This document shows positions 47,775 through 56,896 of a DNA stretch of 64,000 nt, piece by piece. Each line of letters opens with the position of its first letter. The stretch's first letter is position 1. The translations under genes and the position numbers were made by a program. The DNA comes from an uncultured Acidimicrobiia bacterium (lineage in GTDB: Bacteria; Actinomycetota; Acidimicrobiia; Spongiisociales; UBA11373): positions 10,374 to 74,373 of the forward strand of contig CAYGYX010000004.1 of assembly GCA_964354255.1 (NCBI GenBank). Direction: 5' to 3'. The notes under the pieces are model-generated. The model was not told the origin of the DNA, did not search any database, and saw only the letters and a list, made by a program, of their open reading frames with translations.

Positions 47775-48064
47775 CCACACCGGCAAGCCAATCGGCAAAG
47801 ACGGACACACCGAACTTCTGGGCGGGCCCACTGCTGACGTTCCTGGTGCTGCTCGTGCCCACCCTGATCCTGGTCTTCTCCAACCGGAAGTCGACGACCC
47901 TCAACTTCGCCGGGCTCGACTGGAGCGCGCCGCTCTGGGTGATCCTCCTGGCCACCTTCGTGGCCGGGATCATCCTCGGCCGGCTGCTCGGCTGGTTGTG
48001 GGGAGTCTTCCGCCGCCGCCGCGCCAAGATCAAGGCAGGGCTCACCGGGGCGGGGACCCCCTAG
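47771..48064 (+). CDS. LapA-domain (DUF1049) small membrane protein
   Basis: Two TM segments flanking a short loop. C-terminal basic tail RRRRAKIKAG. Start overlaps the SDR stop (ATGA). Confidence 0.6.
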   Translation: MTTPASQSAKTDTPNFWAGPLLTFLVLLVPTLILVFSNRKSTTLNFAGLDWSAPLWVILLATFVAGIILGRLLGWLWGVFRRRRAKIKAGLTGAGTP

Positions 48065-48073
48065 GCACCGCGC

Positions 48074-48574
48074 TCAGACGGCGTCTTCCAGGTAGGCCTG
48101 CCAGGAAGGATGCGGCGGGGAGGACAGGCCGATCAGCAGCCAGCCGTGGTGCCGCGGCACGTGCGGCGCGCTCACGAGGCGCAACCCCACCTCTTCCGGG
48201 GTGTGGTCCCCCTTGCGGGCGTTGCAGTTCCGGCAGGCGGCCACCACGTTCTCCCAGGTGTGGCTGCCACCGCGCGAACGCGGCAGCACATGGTCCAGGT
48301 TCTCCGCCACCCGCCCGCAGTACTGGCAGGAGGCGCGGTCGCGCCCGAACACCGCCCGGCGGCTCAAGGGCACCCGCCGCTCGTACGGCACCTTGACGTA
48401 GTGGAGCAGGCGGATCACGGACGGCACCGGGACGCTGCTGCGCTCCGACGCCCAGCGCCGGCCGTCGGTGTGGACGACCTCGGCCTTCTCGCGCACGAGC
48501 AGGACCACCGCCCGCCGCGTCGGCACCACGGAGAGCGGCTCGTAGCTGGCGTTGAGCACCAAAGCCTGTGCCAT
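48074..48574 (-). CDS. HNH endonuclease (small, McrA-like; widely conserved in actinobacteria)
   Basis: CQYCGR....LDHVLPRSRGGSHTWENVVAACRNCNARK is the HNH zinc-finger/catalytic motif. Start at MAQALVLNASYEP. Confidence 0.8.
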   Translation of the reverse strand: MAQALVLNASYEPLSVVPTRRAVVLLVREKAEVVHTDGRRWASERSSVPVPSVIRLLHYVKVPYERRVPLSRRAVFGRDRASCQYCGRVAENLDHVLPRSRGGSHTWENVVAACRNCNARKGDHTPEEVGLRLVSAPHVPRHHGWLLIGLSSPPHPSWQAYLEDAV

Positions 48575-48680
48575 CGCCCGGGCATCGTACCAGCGGGCCT
48601 TCCCCCTCCCTCTCGCGACACTCTCCGTGTCTACTTGACACTCTGGGTCGCCGGAGTCACACTTGCCGCGGAGGAGGCCC

Positions 48681-49202
48681 ATGCGAGTCGTCGCCTACCT
48701 ACGCGAGTCGACCGATCCGGGCGAAGAGCGTCCCGCCTTCGCCCAGCAAGAGGAGACCCGCCGCTACGCCGCCGCCCACGGCCTCGCCGTGGTGGCGATC
48801 TGCCAGGACGTCCCCCGACCCGGCCTGAGCCTTGGCCGCGAGGGTTACCGAAGCCTGCTGGGGATCATCACCTCCGGCCACGCTGAGGCCGTGCTGTTGC
48901 CCGGGGTGGCCGCCTTGTCTGCCGACCTCGTCGTCCAGGAGATAATGCTTTGGGACCTGCGGGCCCGCGGAGCCCGCGTGCTCTCCACCGATGCCGCCGA
49001 CGTCGAGGTGCTCACCCCCGTCCCGGCCGACGCCACCCGGCGCTTCGTGAGAGACGTCCTCGCGCGGGTCGCCGAGTACCGGGACGCTCTCTCCGCAACT
49101 CCCCCAGCGCTCCCTCCGGCTTCCGGCCCGGCAGACGACGGCGTGGTGGTCCATCTCGTGCCATCGACGGAAGACCCCGTTGCCGCCGGCGACACCGCCT
49201 GA
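48681..49202 (+). CDS. serine-recombinase (resolvase/invertase) catalytic-domain-like protein, no DNA-binding domain
   Basis: MRVVAYLRESTD matches the resolvase N-terminus MR.vgYaRvSTd, including the catalytic-Ser position. The LDRLgRd arginine block is replaced by VAALSAD. 173 aa. Confidence 0.5.
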   Translation: MRVVAYLRESTDPGEERPAFAQQEETRRYAAAHGLAVVAICQDVPRPGLSLGREGYRSLLGIITSGHAEAVLLPGVAALSADLVVQEIMLWDLRARGARVLSTDAADVEVLTPVPADATRRFVRDVLARVAEYRDALSATPPALPPASGPADDGVVVHLVPSTEDPVAAGDTA

Positions 49203-49235
49203 GCAACCGCCGGCAACGGCTCGCCGGGGCGAAGA

Positions 49236-49853
49236 TCAGTCGCTGAGGGCCGACCAGGCAGCCCGGGCCACGGCGTAGGCGCGAGAGCCCCGTACCAGCG
49301 CGGCCCCGGCCCCCCGGCGGCCGCCGGTCCCCTCGAGCACCATGGTCACCGCCCGCGAGCCGTCCACGCTCGCCCACTCGACCGACAGCACCCGGGGCTC
49401 GGCCCCTGCGACGAGCATCCCCGCCGCCGCGATCACCGCCGCCACCAGGCCCTCCTCGCTCACCTCGGCGTTGCGGGCCGCCCGTCGCCCATCGGAGCCG
49501 ACGACGGTCACCTGCAGGCCCGAGGAGCTCTCCTCGACCAACACCGACTTGAGCGAGTTCCCCGGGCGGGCGGCCGATACGGGTGGTGCCGCCGACTCCT
49601 GGCCTGCCGGGCCGAACAGGGGTGGCAGGGGCGGCGGCTCGTCCCCGGCGCCCACCCGGGAGCGCATGCCGCGGGCGGCGAGCACTCGCTGCACCTCGCC
49701 GCCGACGGACTCGGCATCCGCCTCAGAGGCGAGACGGATCCGGACCCCCAGCGGGGCGCCGTCGTCGCCATCCACCTCGGCTTCCGCCACCCCGGGCAGA
49801 GCCAGCAGTTGCTCTCGCAGGCTCTGGGCTGCCACGGCGACCGCTCCCTTCAC
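49236..49853 (-). CDS. hypothetical protein
   Basis: High-GC3 ORF with no recognisable motifs and a possible internal two-domain repeat. Confidence 0.4.
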   Translation of the reverse strand: MKGAVAVAAQSLREQLLALPGVAEAEVDGDDGAPLGVRIRLASEADAESVGGEVQRVLAARGMRSRVGAGDEPPPLPPLFGPAGQESAAPPVSAARPGNSLKSVLVEESSSGLQVTVVGSDGRRAARNAEVSEEGLVAAVIAAAGMLVAGAEPRVLSVEWASVDGSRAVTMVLEGTGGRRGAGAALVRGSRAYAVARAAWSALSD

Positions 49854-50083
49854 TCAACCCGCTGCCGCCGGCGCCACTGCAGGTACCGCACCAAGTCGGC
49901 GGGCTCGACCCGGGCATCCGGGTCGCCGTAGGCAGTAGTCACGCGCCAGCGCAGGTAGTCCGACTCCGGCACTAACAGTAGCCGCTTCCACCACTGCTTG
50001 CATCGGATATCTGCCAGCGCCCTCCCCGCCTCCAGCCACAACCGCGGCCGGCGCAGCACGGCGAGGACCACACGGAGACGCAC
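49850..50083 (-). CDS. hypothetical small Trp/Arg-rich protein (77 aa)
   Basis: ORF with a 4-nt overlap to the downstream gene (operon-like). Confidence 0.35.
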   Translation of the reverse strand: MRLRVVLAVLRRPRLWLEAGRALADIRCKQWWKRLLLVPESDYLRWRVTTAYGDPDARVEPADLVRYLQWRRRQRVE

Positions 50084-50187
50084 GGCGGCATCTTAGGGAC
50101 GGCGCCACCGGGGCTCCCCGGCCCACATCCTGCAAGCACTGCTATAACCTGACCGCACACGAGCCCACCCTCCTGGAGGCCCCGACC

Positions 50188-51168
50188 GTGACCGAGGCAA
50201 CCGTCAACCAGCAGGACCTGGCCTGGTTCTCCGAGCGCTTCGACGCCGTCGCTTCCAACATCGAGCGCGTCATCCAGGGCAAGCGGGCCGTCGTCGACCT
50301 GGTCGTGCTCGGCCTGCTCTCCGAAGGGCACCTGCTCATCGAGGACGTGCCCGGGGTCGGCAAGACGCTCCTGGCCAAGTCGCTCGCCCGCAGCCTCCAC
50401 TGCGCCTTCCAGCGGGTGCAGTTCACCCCGGACCTGCTGCCGTCGGATGTCACCGGGGTGTCGGTCTGGGATCGCGAGCGCAACGCCTTCGTCTTCCGCG
50501 CCGGGCCGGTGTTCGCCAACATCGTCCTCGGCGACGAGATCAACCGGGCCAGCCCCAAGACCCAGGCCGCTCTGCTCGAAGCCATGGAGGAGCGACAGGT
50601 CACGGTCGACGGCGTGACCCGCCGCCTCCCTCCCCCCTTCATGGTGATCGCTACCCAGAACCCCATCGAGCACGAGGGCACCTATCCCCTGCCCGAGGCT
50701 CAGCTGGACCGGTTCATGATGCGCCTCGTGATGGGGTACCCCTCCCGTGAGAAGGAGCTCGAGATCCTCGACACCCACGGTGTCCGCTCCACCTTCGAGG
50801 ATCTCGAAGCGGTGATCACCGTCGAGGACGTGAGCCGGATGATCGACGTGGCCCGACGCGTCTACGTCTCGCCCCCGGTGAAGGCCTACCTGGTGGACAC
50901 GGTCGAGGCCACTCGCCAGGACCCCGATCTGCTGCTCGGCGCCTCCCCCCGGGCCACCCTCTTCCTGCAGCGGTCGGCGCGCACACGGGCGGCGGTGGAG
51001 GGACGCCACTACGTCACCCCCGACGACGTCAAGGCGATGCTTCGCCCGGTGCTCACCCACCGCATGATCCTGCGCCCCGAGGCACAGATGCGGGGAGCGT
51101 CCCTCGACGACGTCATCGACGGCATCGCTGCCGGGGTGCCGGTTCCGGGGACGCGAACGAGGGCCTGA
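50188..51168 (+). CDS. MoxR-family AAA+ ATPase
   Basis: GVPGVGKT Walker A. LGDEINRASP Walker B. Sensor-2 region characteristic of the MoxR/RavA family. Confidence 0.9.
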   Translation: MTEATVNQQDLAWFSERFDAVASNIERVIQGKRAVVDLVVLGLLSEGHLLIEDVPGVGKTLLAKSLARSLHCAFQRVQFTPDLLPSDVTGVSVWDRERNAFVFRAGPVFANIVLGDEINRASPKTQAALLEAMEERQVTVDGVTRRLPPPFMVIATQNPIEHEGTYPLPEAQLDRFMMRLVMGYPSREKELEILDTHGVRSTFEDLEAVITVEDVSRMIDVARRVYVSPPVKAYLVDTVEATRQDPDLLLGASPRATLFLQRSARTRAAVEGRHYVTPDDVKAMLRPVLTHRMILRPEAQMRGASLDDVIDGIAAGVPVPGTRTRA

Positions 51169-52349
51169 TGCCCACGAGCCGGGGCTGGGCGGCCGTCGGG
51201 GTCTCCGGGGCCCTGCTGGTGCTCTGGGCCGCCTTCGGCGAGATCGAGCTGCTGGCCACCGCGGTCTTCCTGTTGCTCGCGGTCGGCGGCGGCATCTGGT
51301 TCGTGCGCGTGGTGTCGCCGCGCCTCGAGGTCGTCCGGAAGATCTACCCGTCGCCGGTGCACGAGGGTGAACAGGTGACGGTGGAGGTGGAGATGCTCGC
51401 CGGCCGCACGGCGCGCAACCTCTCGCTGGAGGACACGGTGCACGGCCTCGGGGCAGTCCGCTTCGCCGCCGCCAACACCACCCGCGGCCAGCGCCTCGTG
51501 GCCCGCTACGAGGTCTACTGCCGGGCGCGCGGCATCTACCAGGTAGGCCCGGCCGAGGCGTCGGTGGCCGATCCCTTCGCCCTCACCGAACGCCGCGCCG
51601 CCGCCGGCAGCGTCGACCGGCTCACCGTGTACCCCGGGGTGGAGCCCCTCGACGGCTTCCCGGCCGTGCGGGGCCTCGACCCGGCAGTGCAGTCCACCCG
51701 GCCCACCTTCGTCCCGCAGGGAGGGGAGGACTTCTTCACTCTCCGCGAGTACCAGATCGGGGACGATCTGCGCAGGGTGCACTGGCCGTCGTCGGCCAAG
51801 CGCGACGAACTGATGATCAAACAGCTGGAGATTCCCTGGCAGGCACGGGCATTGGTGCTCCTCGATCAGCGAGCCGAGCGCTACCCCACCGGCGAGGCCT
51901 TCGAGCATGCGGTGCGGGGGGCAGCATCCGTCGTCTCCCACCTGTATGGAGGTGGCTTCAGCCCCGAGCTGTGGACGGCCGAGCGTGCCCCCGGCCTCCG
52001 CTCCGACTCCCGCTACACCCAGGCCATGGAGATGCTGGCCGCCGTGCAGGTGGTCCACCACCTCGACCTGCAGCGCACCGTCACCCGCCTCCGCCGGAGC
52101 GGGGTGGGAGGCGGGGCCCTGGTGGTGGTCACCGGCACCCCCGACGAAGGAGTGCTCGGCGCCTTCCGGGCACTGGCCCAGGATTTCGCCCGCGCCGTCG
52201 TGCTCGCCGTCGTCGAGCGTCCCGGCGACACCCTGATCGCCTTCCAGCGGGCAGGGGTGGTGACCGTTCCCGCCGGACCCGGGACCCCCTGGGCCCTCGC
52301 CTGGCAAACCGCCATGGAGTTGTCGTGGTCTACCGCTACGGCTGGCTAG
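51168..52349 (+). CDS. DUF58 domain protein (MoxR partner; vWA-like)
   Basis: TLREYQIGDDLRRVHWPSSAKRDELMIKQ is the DUF58 signature. N-terminal TM pair. ATGA overlap with moxR. Confidence 0.85.
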   Translation: MPTSRGWAAVGVSGALLVLWAAFGEIELLATAVFLLLAVGGGIWFVRVVSPRLEVVRKIYPSPVHEGEQVTVEVEMLAGRTARNLSLEDTVHGLGAVRFAAANTTRGQRLVARYEVYCRARGIYQVGPAEASVADPFALTERRAAAGSVDRLTVYPGVEPLDGFPAVRGLDPAVQSTRPTFVPQGGEDFFTLREYQIGDDLRRVHWPSSAKRDELMIKQLEIPWQARALVLLDQRAERYPTGEAFEHAVRGAASVVSHLYGGGFSPELWTAERAPGLRSDSRYTQAMEMLAAVQVVHHLDLQRTVTRLRRSGVGGGALVVVTGTPDEGVLGAFRALAQDFARAVVLAVVERPGDTLIAFQRAGVVTVPAGPGTPWALAWQTAMELSWSTATAG

Positions 52350-54763
52350 CCGGCATCGCCGGGGGCTTGTTCGCCCTGGCGCGCCTCGAGCGCCTGCTGC
52401 GCTCCTCGACGGAGGGGCTGCCCTGGGAGGTGATCCTCCTGGCCGCCGCGGTGCTCGGGGGGGCGATCACGTGGGCAGGCTTGGCCTACCGCCTTCCCAC
52501 CCCCACCGTGGCGATCGTCAACCTGGCGGCGATGCTGCTCACCGTGGTGCGCATCGCCGTTCCCGCCACCACCTGGTTCGTCTTCCCCACCCTCGCCTCG
52601 TTCCGGGCGTTGAGCAGGGAGCTGGCCTACGCCCTCGACGTCATCCGCACCGGGGTGGCTCCGGTGCTGCCCCTGGCCGGCATCATCGCCATCCTCGCCG
52701 TGCTGTTCTGGCTGCTCGGCGCCCTGCTCTCCTGGGGGCTGCGGCGCGACCGGCCCTACGCCGCGGTGCTCGCCCCCTTCGTCGCGTACCTCCAGTTCGC
52801 CACCATGGATCGCCGGAGGAGCGGCCTCTGGACCGCCGCCTTCCTGCTGCTGTTCGGCCTGACCCTGCTCGCCGTCGCCATGGACCGGCGCCGCCGGGGC
52901 ACCGGGCTCCTCACCACCGGGCCGGGGCGGGCCGCCGTGGCCCGCTCCCGGCCGGCCCTGGCCGTCATCACCCTGGCCGCGGTCATGCTGCTCACCCTCC
53001 TGTCTACCAACGCCCTGGCCGGCCTCCTGCCCCGCACCGGCCTCCTCGACTGGCGAGTCCCCTCGGCGCTGACCGGCGGCTACTACGGGGGCATCTCCTA
53101 CAACCCCTTCGTCGGCATCCGCCAGCAGTTGCTCTCCCCCACCAACGCCGCCGTGTTCTTCGCCATCGTGGAGGGGGACCTGCCCTACGACCGGGTCTAC
53201 TTCCGCCTCCTCACGCTCGAGTCCTTCGACGGCGCCCAGTGGTACGCCCACCGGCCGGCCGTGGCCCGTCCGGAGGAAGTCGACGCACTCGAGGACCAGG
53301 GCAGCGCCTTCCGGGGCCCCACCGCCTCGGTGACCCAGGCGGTCACCATCCTCGCCCTCCAGCAAGACTGGCTGCCCGCCGCCTACTCCCCGCTCGCCCT
53401 CACCGCCGGCAACCGGGCGGTGGAACGGGGCTTCCGCGCCAAGGTCAACGACGGCGCCCTCCACTTCGACGCCCTCACCTACTACGGCATGACCTACGAG
53501 GTGGTCTCGGCAGTGCCCTTGCCCGACCTCGCCGTGCTCGCCCTGGGAGACGACGGGGCACCTTCGCCGCTCTTTGCCGAGGCCTCGGCGGCCGAGGAGG
53601 GCTACGAGGCACCGGCGCCGACCGACCCTCCCGAGACGTACGAACTCCCCGACCGCGAGGGCTTCCTGCGCCTTCCCGACGAGATCCACCCCGGCGTGCT
53701 CGCCCTGGCCCGCCGCCAGGTAGCCGGCCTGAGCACCGATTTCGAGAAGGGCCTCGCCCTCGAGGCGTTCTTCCGCGAGCCCGGCGCGTTCCGCTACTCG
53801 ACACAGGTCGAGCCGGGCCACGGAGCCACCGACCTGAGCGCCTGGCTGATCGACCCCGAGAGCCCCAACTACCGGACCGGCTACTGCGAGCAGTTCGCCA
53901 CGGCCATGGCGATGATGGCCCGCCAGGTTGGCCTGCCCAGCCGGGTAGTGCTCGGCTTCGCCCCGGGTGAGCGCCTCGACGACGGGCGGATCGTGATCCG
54001 CGACCGCAATGCTCACGCCTGGGTGGAGCTGTGGATGCCCACTCAGGGCTGGGTGCGCTTCGACCCGACCCCGCGCGCCGACGGAGCCAGCCCCGCCTAC
54101 TCAGACGAGCTCCCCTTCGACGTGGCCGCCTACCTCGACGTCGACATCCCCACCCTGCCGGGCGGCCCCGGGGCCACTCCTCCTCGGGAGCCTCCCGTCG
54201 ACGAGTCGATCCCTGAGATCCCACCCTTCCTGCCCGCCGACCCCGGCGGCGCCGGCTTCCCGGACATCCCGGCCTGGGTGGTGATCACCGCCGGTGCCCT
54301 CCTGTTCCTCTTCGGGCTGGTGCCGGCCGTCAAGTGGGCCCGGCGTCGTCACCGGCTGCGGGCGCTCTCCGGCGGCGACGTGTCGGCGGCCTGGTGGGAG
54401 ATCGTCGACCGGCTCTCCGACCTGGGCGAGGAGCCGGCGCCGGGAGCGACCCCCAAGGAGGTGGCCGGCGCCACCGACCAGGCCATGGCCCCTCTCGCCC
54501 GCGTCTACGGGGAGAGCATCTACGGGCCGTCGGCAGACCGCTCCTTCGACCCGGGGCGAGTGGCCACCGCCACCCGCTCTCTGGAAGCCACCGAGCAGCA
54601 ACTGGCCGGGCGCTATTCGTGGGCCCATCGGGCAGCCTCGCGGTACCGGCTGCGCTCGCTCACCCCACGGCGCTGGCGGATGCGCAGGCAGGGCCGAGGG
54701 TCTCAGCCCTCGGCGGCTGACCCGATGTCCTCCTCCACCCGCCGCAGCATCTCGAGGAACTGA
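52325..54763 (+). CDS. transglutaminase-like domain membrane protein (TgpA-like)
   Basis: N-terminal multi-TM region. Transglutaminase core GYCEQFATAMAMMARQ (Cys), NAHAWVELW (His), FDPTP (Asp). GTG start inside the DUF58 3' end. Confidence 0.8.
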   Translation: MVYRYGWLAGIAGGLFALARLERLLRSSTEGLPWEVILLAAAVLGGAITWAGLAYRLPTPTVAIVNLAAMLLTVVRIAVPATTWFVFPTLASFRALSRELAYALDVIRTGVAPVLPLAGIIAILAVLFWLLGALLSWGLRRDRPYAAVLAPFVAYLQFATMDRRRSGLWTAAFLLLFGLTLLAVAMDRRRRGTGLLTTGPGRAAVARSRPALAVITLAAVMLLTLLSTNALAGLLPRTGLLDWRVPSALTGGYYGGISYNPFVGIRQQLLSPTNAAVFFAIVEGDLPYDRVYFRLLTLESFDGAQWYAHRPAVARPEEVDALEDQGSAFRGPTASVTQAVTILALQQDWLPAAYSPLALTAGNRAVERGFRAKVNDGALHFDALTYYGMTYEVVSAVPLPDLAVLALGDDGAPSPLFAEASAAEEGYEAPAPTDPPETYELPDREGFLRLPDEIHPGVLALARRQVAGLSTDFEKGLALEAFFREPGAFRYSTQVEPGHGATDLSAWLIDPESPNYRTGYCEQFATAMAMMARQVGLPSRVVLGFAPGERLDDGRIVIRDRNAHAWVELWMPTQGWVRFDPTPRADGASPAYSDELPFDVAAYLDVDIPTLPGGPGATPPREPPVDESIPEIPPFLPADPGGAGFPDIPAWVVITAGALLFLFGLVPAVKWARRRHRLRALSGGDVSAAWWEIVDRLSDLGEEPAPGATPKEVAGATDQAMAPLARVYGESIYGPSADRSFDPGRVATATRSLEATEQQLAGRYSWAHRAASRYRLRSLTPRRWRMRRQGRGSQPSAADPMSSSTRRSISRN

Positions 54764-55191
54764 TCGCGGTCGAGCTCGAAGCGGTCGACGTCCTGTTCGA
54801 CCTCGTGGGTGATCTCGCTGATGGCGACGAAGAAGGCCAGCTGCCCGTCGCGCAGGGCATCGATGAGCTCCTCGTCGTTGGAGGCGATCCGGAAGATGCT
54901 GTGCCCGTCGGTGATCAGCTTGACCTCGGCCAGGTGCCGGTCCATGTCGGCGGTGCGGCGCAGGTAGTCCCAGGCCCGGCGCACCCGCTGCACCGACATG
55001 CCGTTGTCGAGCAGGCTCTTGACCACCCGGAGGGCGACGAGGTCGCGGAAGGCGTACAGGCGGCGGCGCCCCGGGCGGCCACCGGTGCGCTGCAGGGTGG
55101 GTCGTACCAGATTGACTCGATCCCAATAGCGCAGCTGGTGCGCGGTGCAGCCCGTCAAGCGACACGCCTGCTGTGCGGTGAACGCCTCCAC
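54703..55191 (-). CDS. MerR-family transcriptional regulator
   Basis: N-terminal HTH (FTAQQACRLTGCTAHQLRYWDRVNLVRP) and a C-terminal coiled-coil effector domain. Confidence 0.75.
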   Translation of the reverse strand: MEAFTAQQACRLTGCTAHQLRYWDRVNLVRPTLQRTGGRPGRRRLYAFRDLVALRVVKSLLDNGMSVQRVRRAWDYLRRTADMDRHLAEVKLITDGHSIFRIASNDEELIDALRDGQLAFFVAISEITHEVEQDVDRFELDRDQFLEMLRRVEEDIGSAAEG

Positions 55192-55266
55192 AGCCGTCCC
55201 TCCCCAAGGTCCCTGCCCGAGCCCCGTCGCGTGCGGGGCCGGGCGTTACTCCCCCGTCAACTGTCT

Positions 55267-55596
55267 CTACCCGCTGCGCCCGCGCCGGCGGCGCAGCCCC
55301 TCTACCCAGGGGAGCCGTGAGGCTACCCCAGAACGGCGCCGCACGATGGCGACGATCCACGCCACCGACAGCACCATGAGTACGAAGCCGGCCAGCGCCA
55401 CCAGGGTCTGGCTGGTGAAGAACACCAGCATCAGAGCCGTACCGCCGAGCAGTCCCAGCACCGCCCACTTCAGATGCCGACCCGAGGCCGAGGCCAGGGT
55501 GGCAGTGCGCACCGTCTCCGCCAGTTTGGGGTCGTCCTCATAGAACTGGCGCTCGATCTCCTCGAGGATGCGTTGCTCTCTGTCGTCGAGTGGCAT
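55267..55596 (-). CDS. DUF3040-family membrane protein
   Basis: MPLDDREQRILEEIERQFYEDDPKLA N-terminus typical of DUF3040, followed by two TM segments. Confidence 0.65.
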   Translation of the reverse strand: MPLDDREQRILEEIERQFYEDDPKLAETVRTATLASASGRHLKWAVLGLLGGTALMLVFFTSQTLVALAGFVLMVLSVAWIVAIVRRRSGVASRLPWVEGLRRRRGRSG

Positions 55597-55644
55597 TGGG
55601 CTTCCGCAGGTGGCCGGTGAGGCGAGTATACCGAAGACGATCGG

Positions 55645-56862
55645 TCAGCGGTCGGGGAGGTCGCCTTCCGTATTCTGGCAGGAGGCCTGCGGCCGGCCGC
55701 GCTGCCCGGTGAGGCGGGCCGGGGTGACCGCCGCGCTGCCGAAACGGTCCCGTACGCGGTCCACCGCCGCCTCCAGGTGGTCCCAGGGCCGCGCCTCCAA
55801 CCCCAGCTGCCGGGGGGACCCCGATTCGCTCAAGCCTTCAGTGCCCAGGCCCAGCAGTCGCACCGGCCGTCGGCCCACGGCCGCCCGTTCGAGGAGCGCG
55901 AGAGCGGCTCGGTACAGCTCGTGGGCCGTGTCCAGGGGAGCCGGGTAGGTGCGACTTCGGGTCACGGTGGCGAAGTCGCCGAAGCGCACCTTGAGGACCA
56001 CCGTGCGGGCGGCCATTCCGGACCGTCGCAGCCGGGAGGCGAGCCGGTCGGCCAGGCGCAGGAGCTCGCCTTCCAACGAGGGGCGGCCGGAGAGATCGGC
56101 AGGGTAAGTCTCCTCCACCGAGATCGACTTGGCCGGCCCACCGGCCACCACGGGGCGGTCGTCCCTAGCTTGCGCCAGGTCGCTCAGGTGGCCTCCCAGG
56201 GCCTCTCCGAGCCGACGCTGCAGAGTCGCCCGGGGAAGCGCGGCCAACTCGCCCACGGTGCGCACCCCGAGTTGCTCGAGCCGGGCGTAGGTCGCCTCCC
56301 CCACCCCCCACAGGGCGCGCACCGGCAAGGGATGGAGGAAAGCCTGCTCGCTCCCCGCCGGCACGAGGTGCAGGCCATCGGGCTTGGCCGCCCGGCTGGC
56401 CAGCTTGGCGATCAGCTTGCAGGTGGCCAAACCCACCGAGGCCGGCAGGCCGATCTGCTCCCGCACCGCCGCCCGGATGGCCTCCCCCACCGCCGTCGGC
56501 GAAGGGTACGTCAGGCGCAGCCCGCCGATTTCGAGGAAGGCCTCGTCGACCGAGATCTGCTCGACCGCCGGGGTGAACGACTCCAGCACCGCCAGCACGC
56601 GGCGCGAGGCCTCTCCGTAGGCATGATGGTCCGGGGCCAGGAAGCGGGCATGGGGGCAGAGGCGTTGCGCCTGAGCGGTGGGCATGCCCGAGGTGACCCC
56701 GCGGCTGCGGGCCTCATAGGAGGCCGAGGAAACCACTCCCCGGCCCCCCAGCCCGGCCACCACCACCGCCACCCGCCGCAGCTCCGGCCGGCGCCGGCGC
56801 TCCACCTCCACGAAGAAGGCGTCCATGTCGACGTGCGCGATGTGCTCGGCGAGATCAGGCAC
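55645..56862 (-). CDS. dinB: DNA polymerase IV
   Basis: HVDMDAFFVEVE catalytic start. SVDEAFLE. Y-family palm, fingers and little-finger domains. GTG start chosen 12 codons before HVDMD. Confidence 0.88.
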   Translation of the reverse strand: MPDLAEHIAHVDMDAFFVEVERRRRPELRRVAVVVAGLGGRGVVSSASYEARSRGVTSGMPTAQAQRLCPHARFLAPDHHAYGEASRRVLAVLESFTPAVEQISVDEAFLEIGGLRLTYPSPTAVGEAIRAAVREQIGLPASVGLATCKLIAKLASRAAKPDGLHLVPAGSEQAFLHPLPVRALWGVGEATYARLEQLGVRTVGELAALPRATLQRRLGEALGGHLSDLAQARDDRPVVAGGPAKSISVEETYPADLSGRPSLEGELLRLADRLASRLRRSGMAARTVVLKVRFGDFATVTRSRTYPAPLDTAHELYRAALALLERAAVGRRPVRLLGLGTEGLSESGSPRQLGLEARPWDHLEAAVDRVRDRFGSAAVTPARLTGQRGRPQASCQNTEGDLPDR

Positions 56863-56896
56863 CGCCCTACCGTACCTGCTCCCTACACTCCCGCCC

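Noticed and set aside
47771-48064. Foreign-DNA island suggested by the slightly lower GC at the 5' end of the LapA-like gene
   Set aside because: The dip is only ~50 nt long and consistent with an N-terminal Thr/Lys/Ser-rich segment. It is not a compositional island.
48681-49202. Mobile genetic element / integrated resolvase cassette
   Set aside because: Only a truncated catalytic-domain-like ORF is present. There are no inverted repeats, transposase, integrase or phage genes nearby, and GC content does not deviate from the surroundings.
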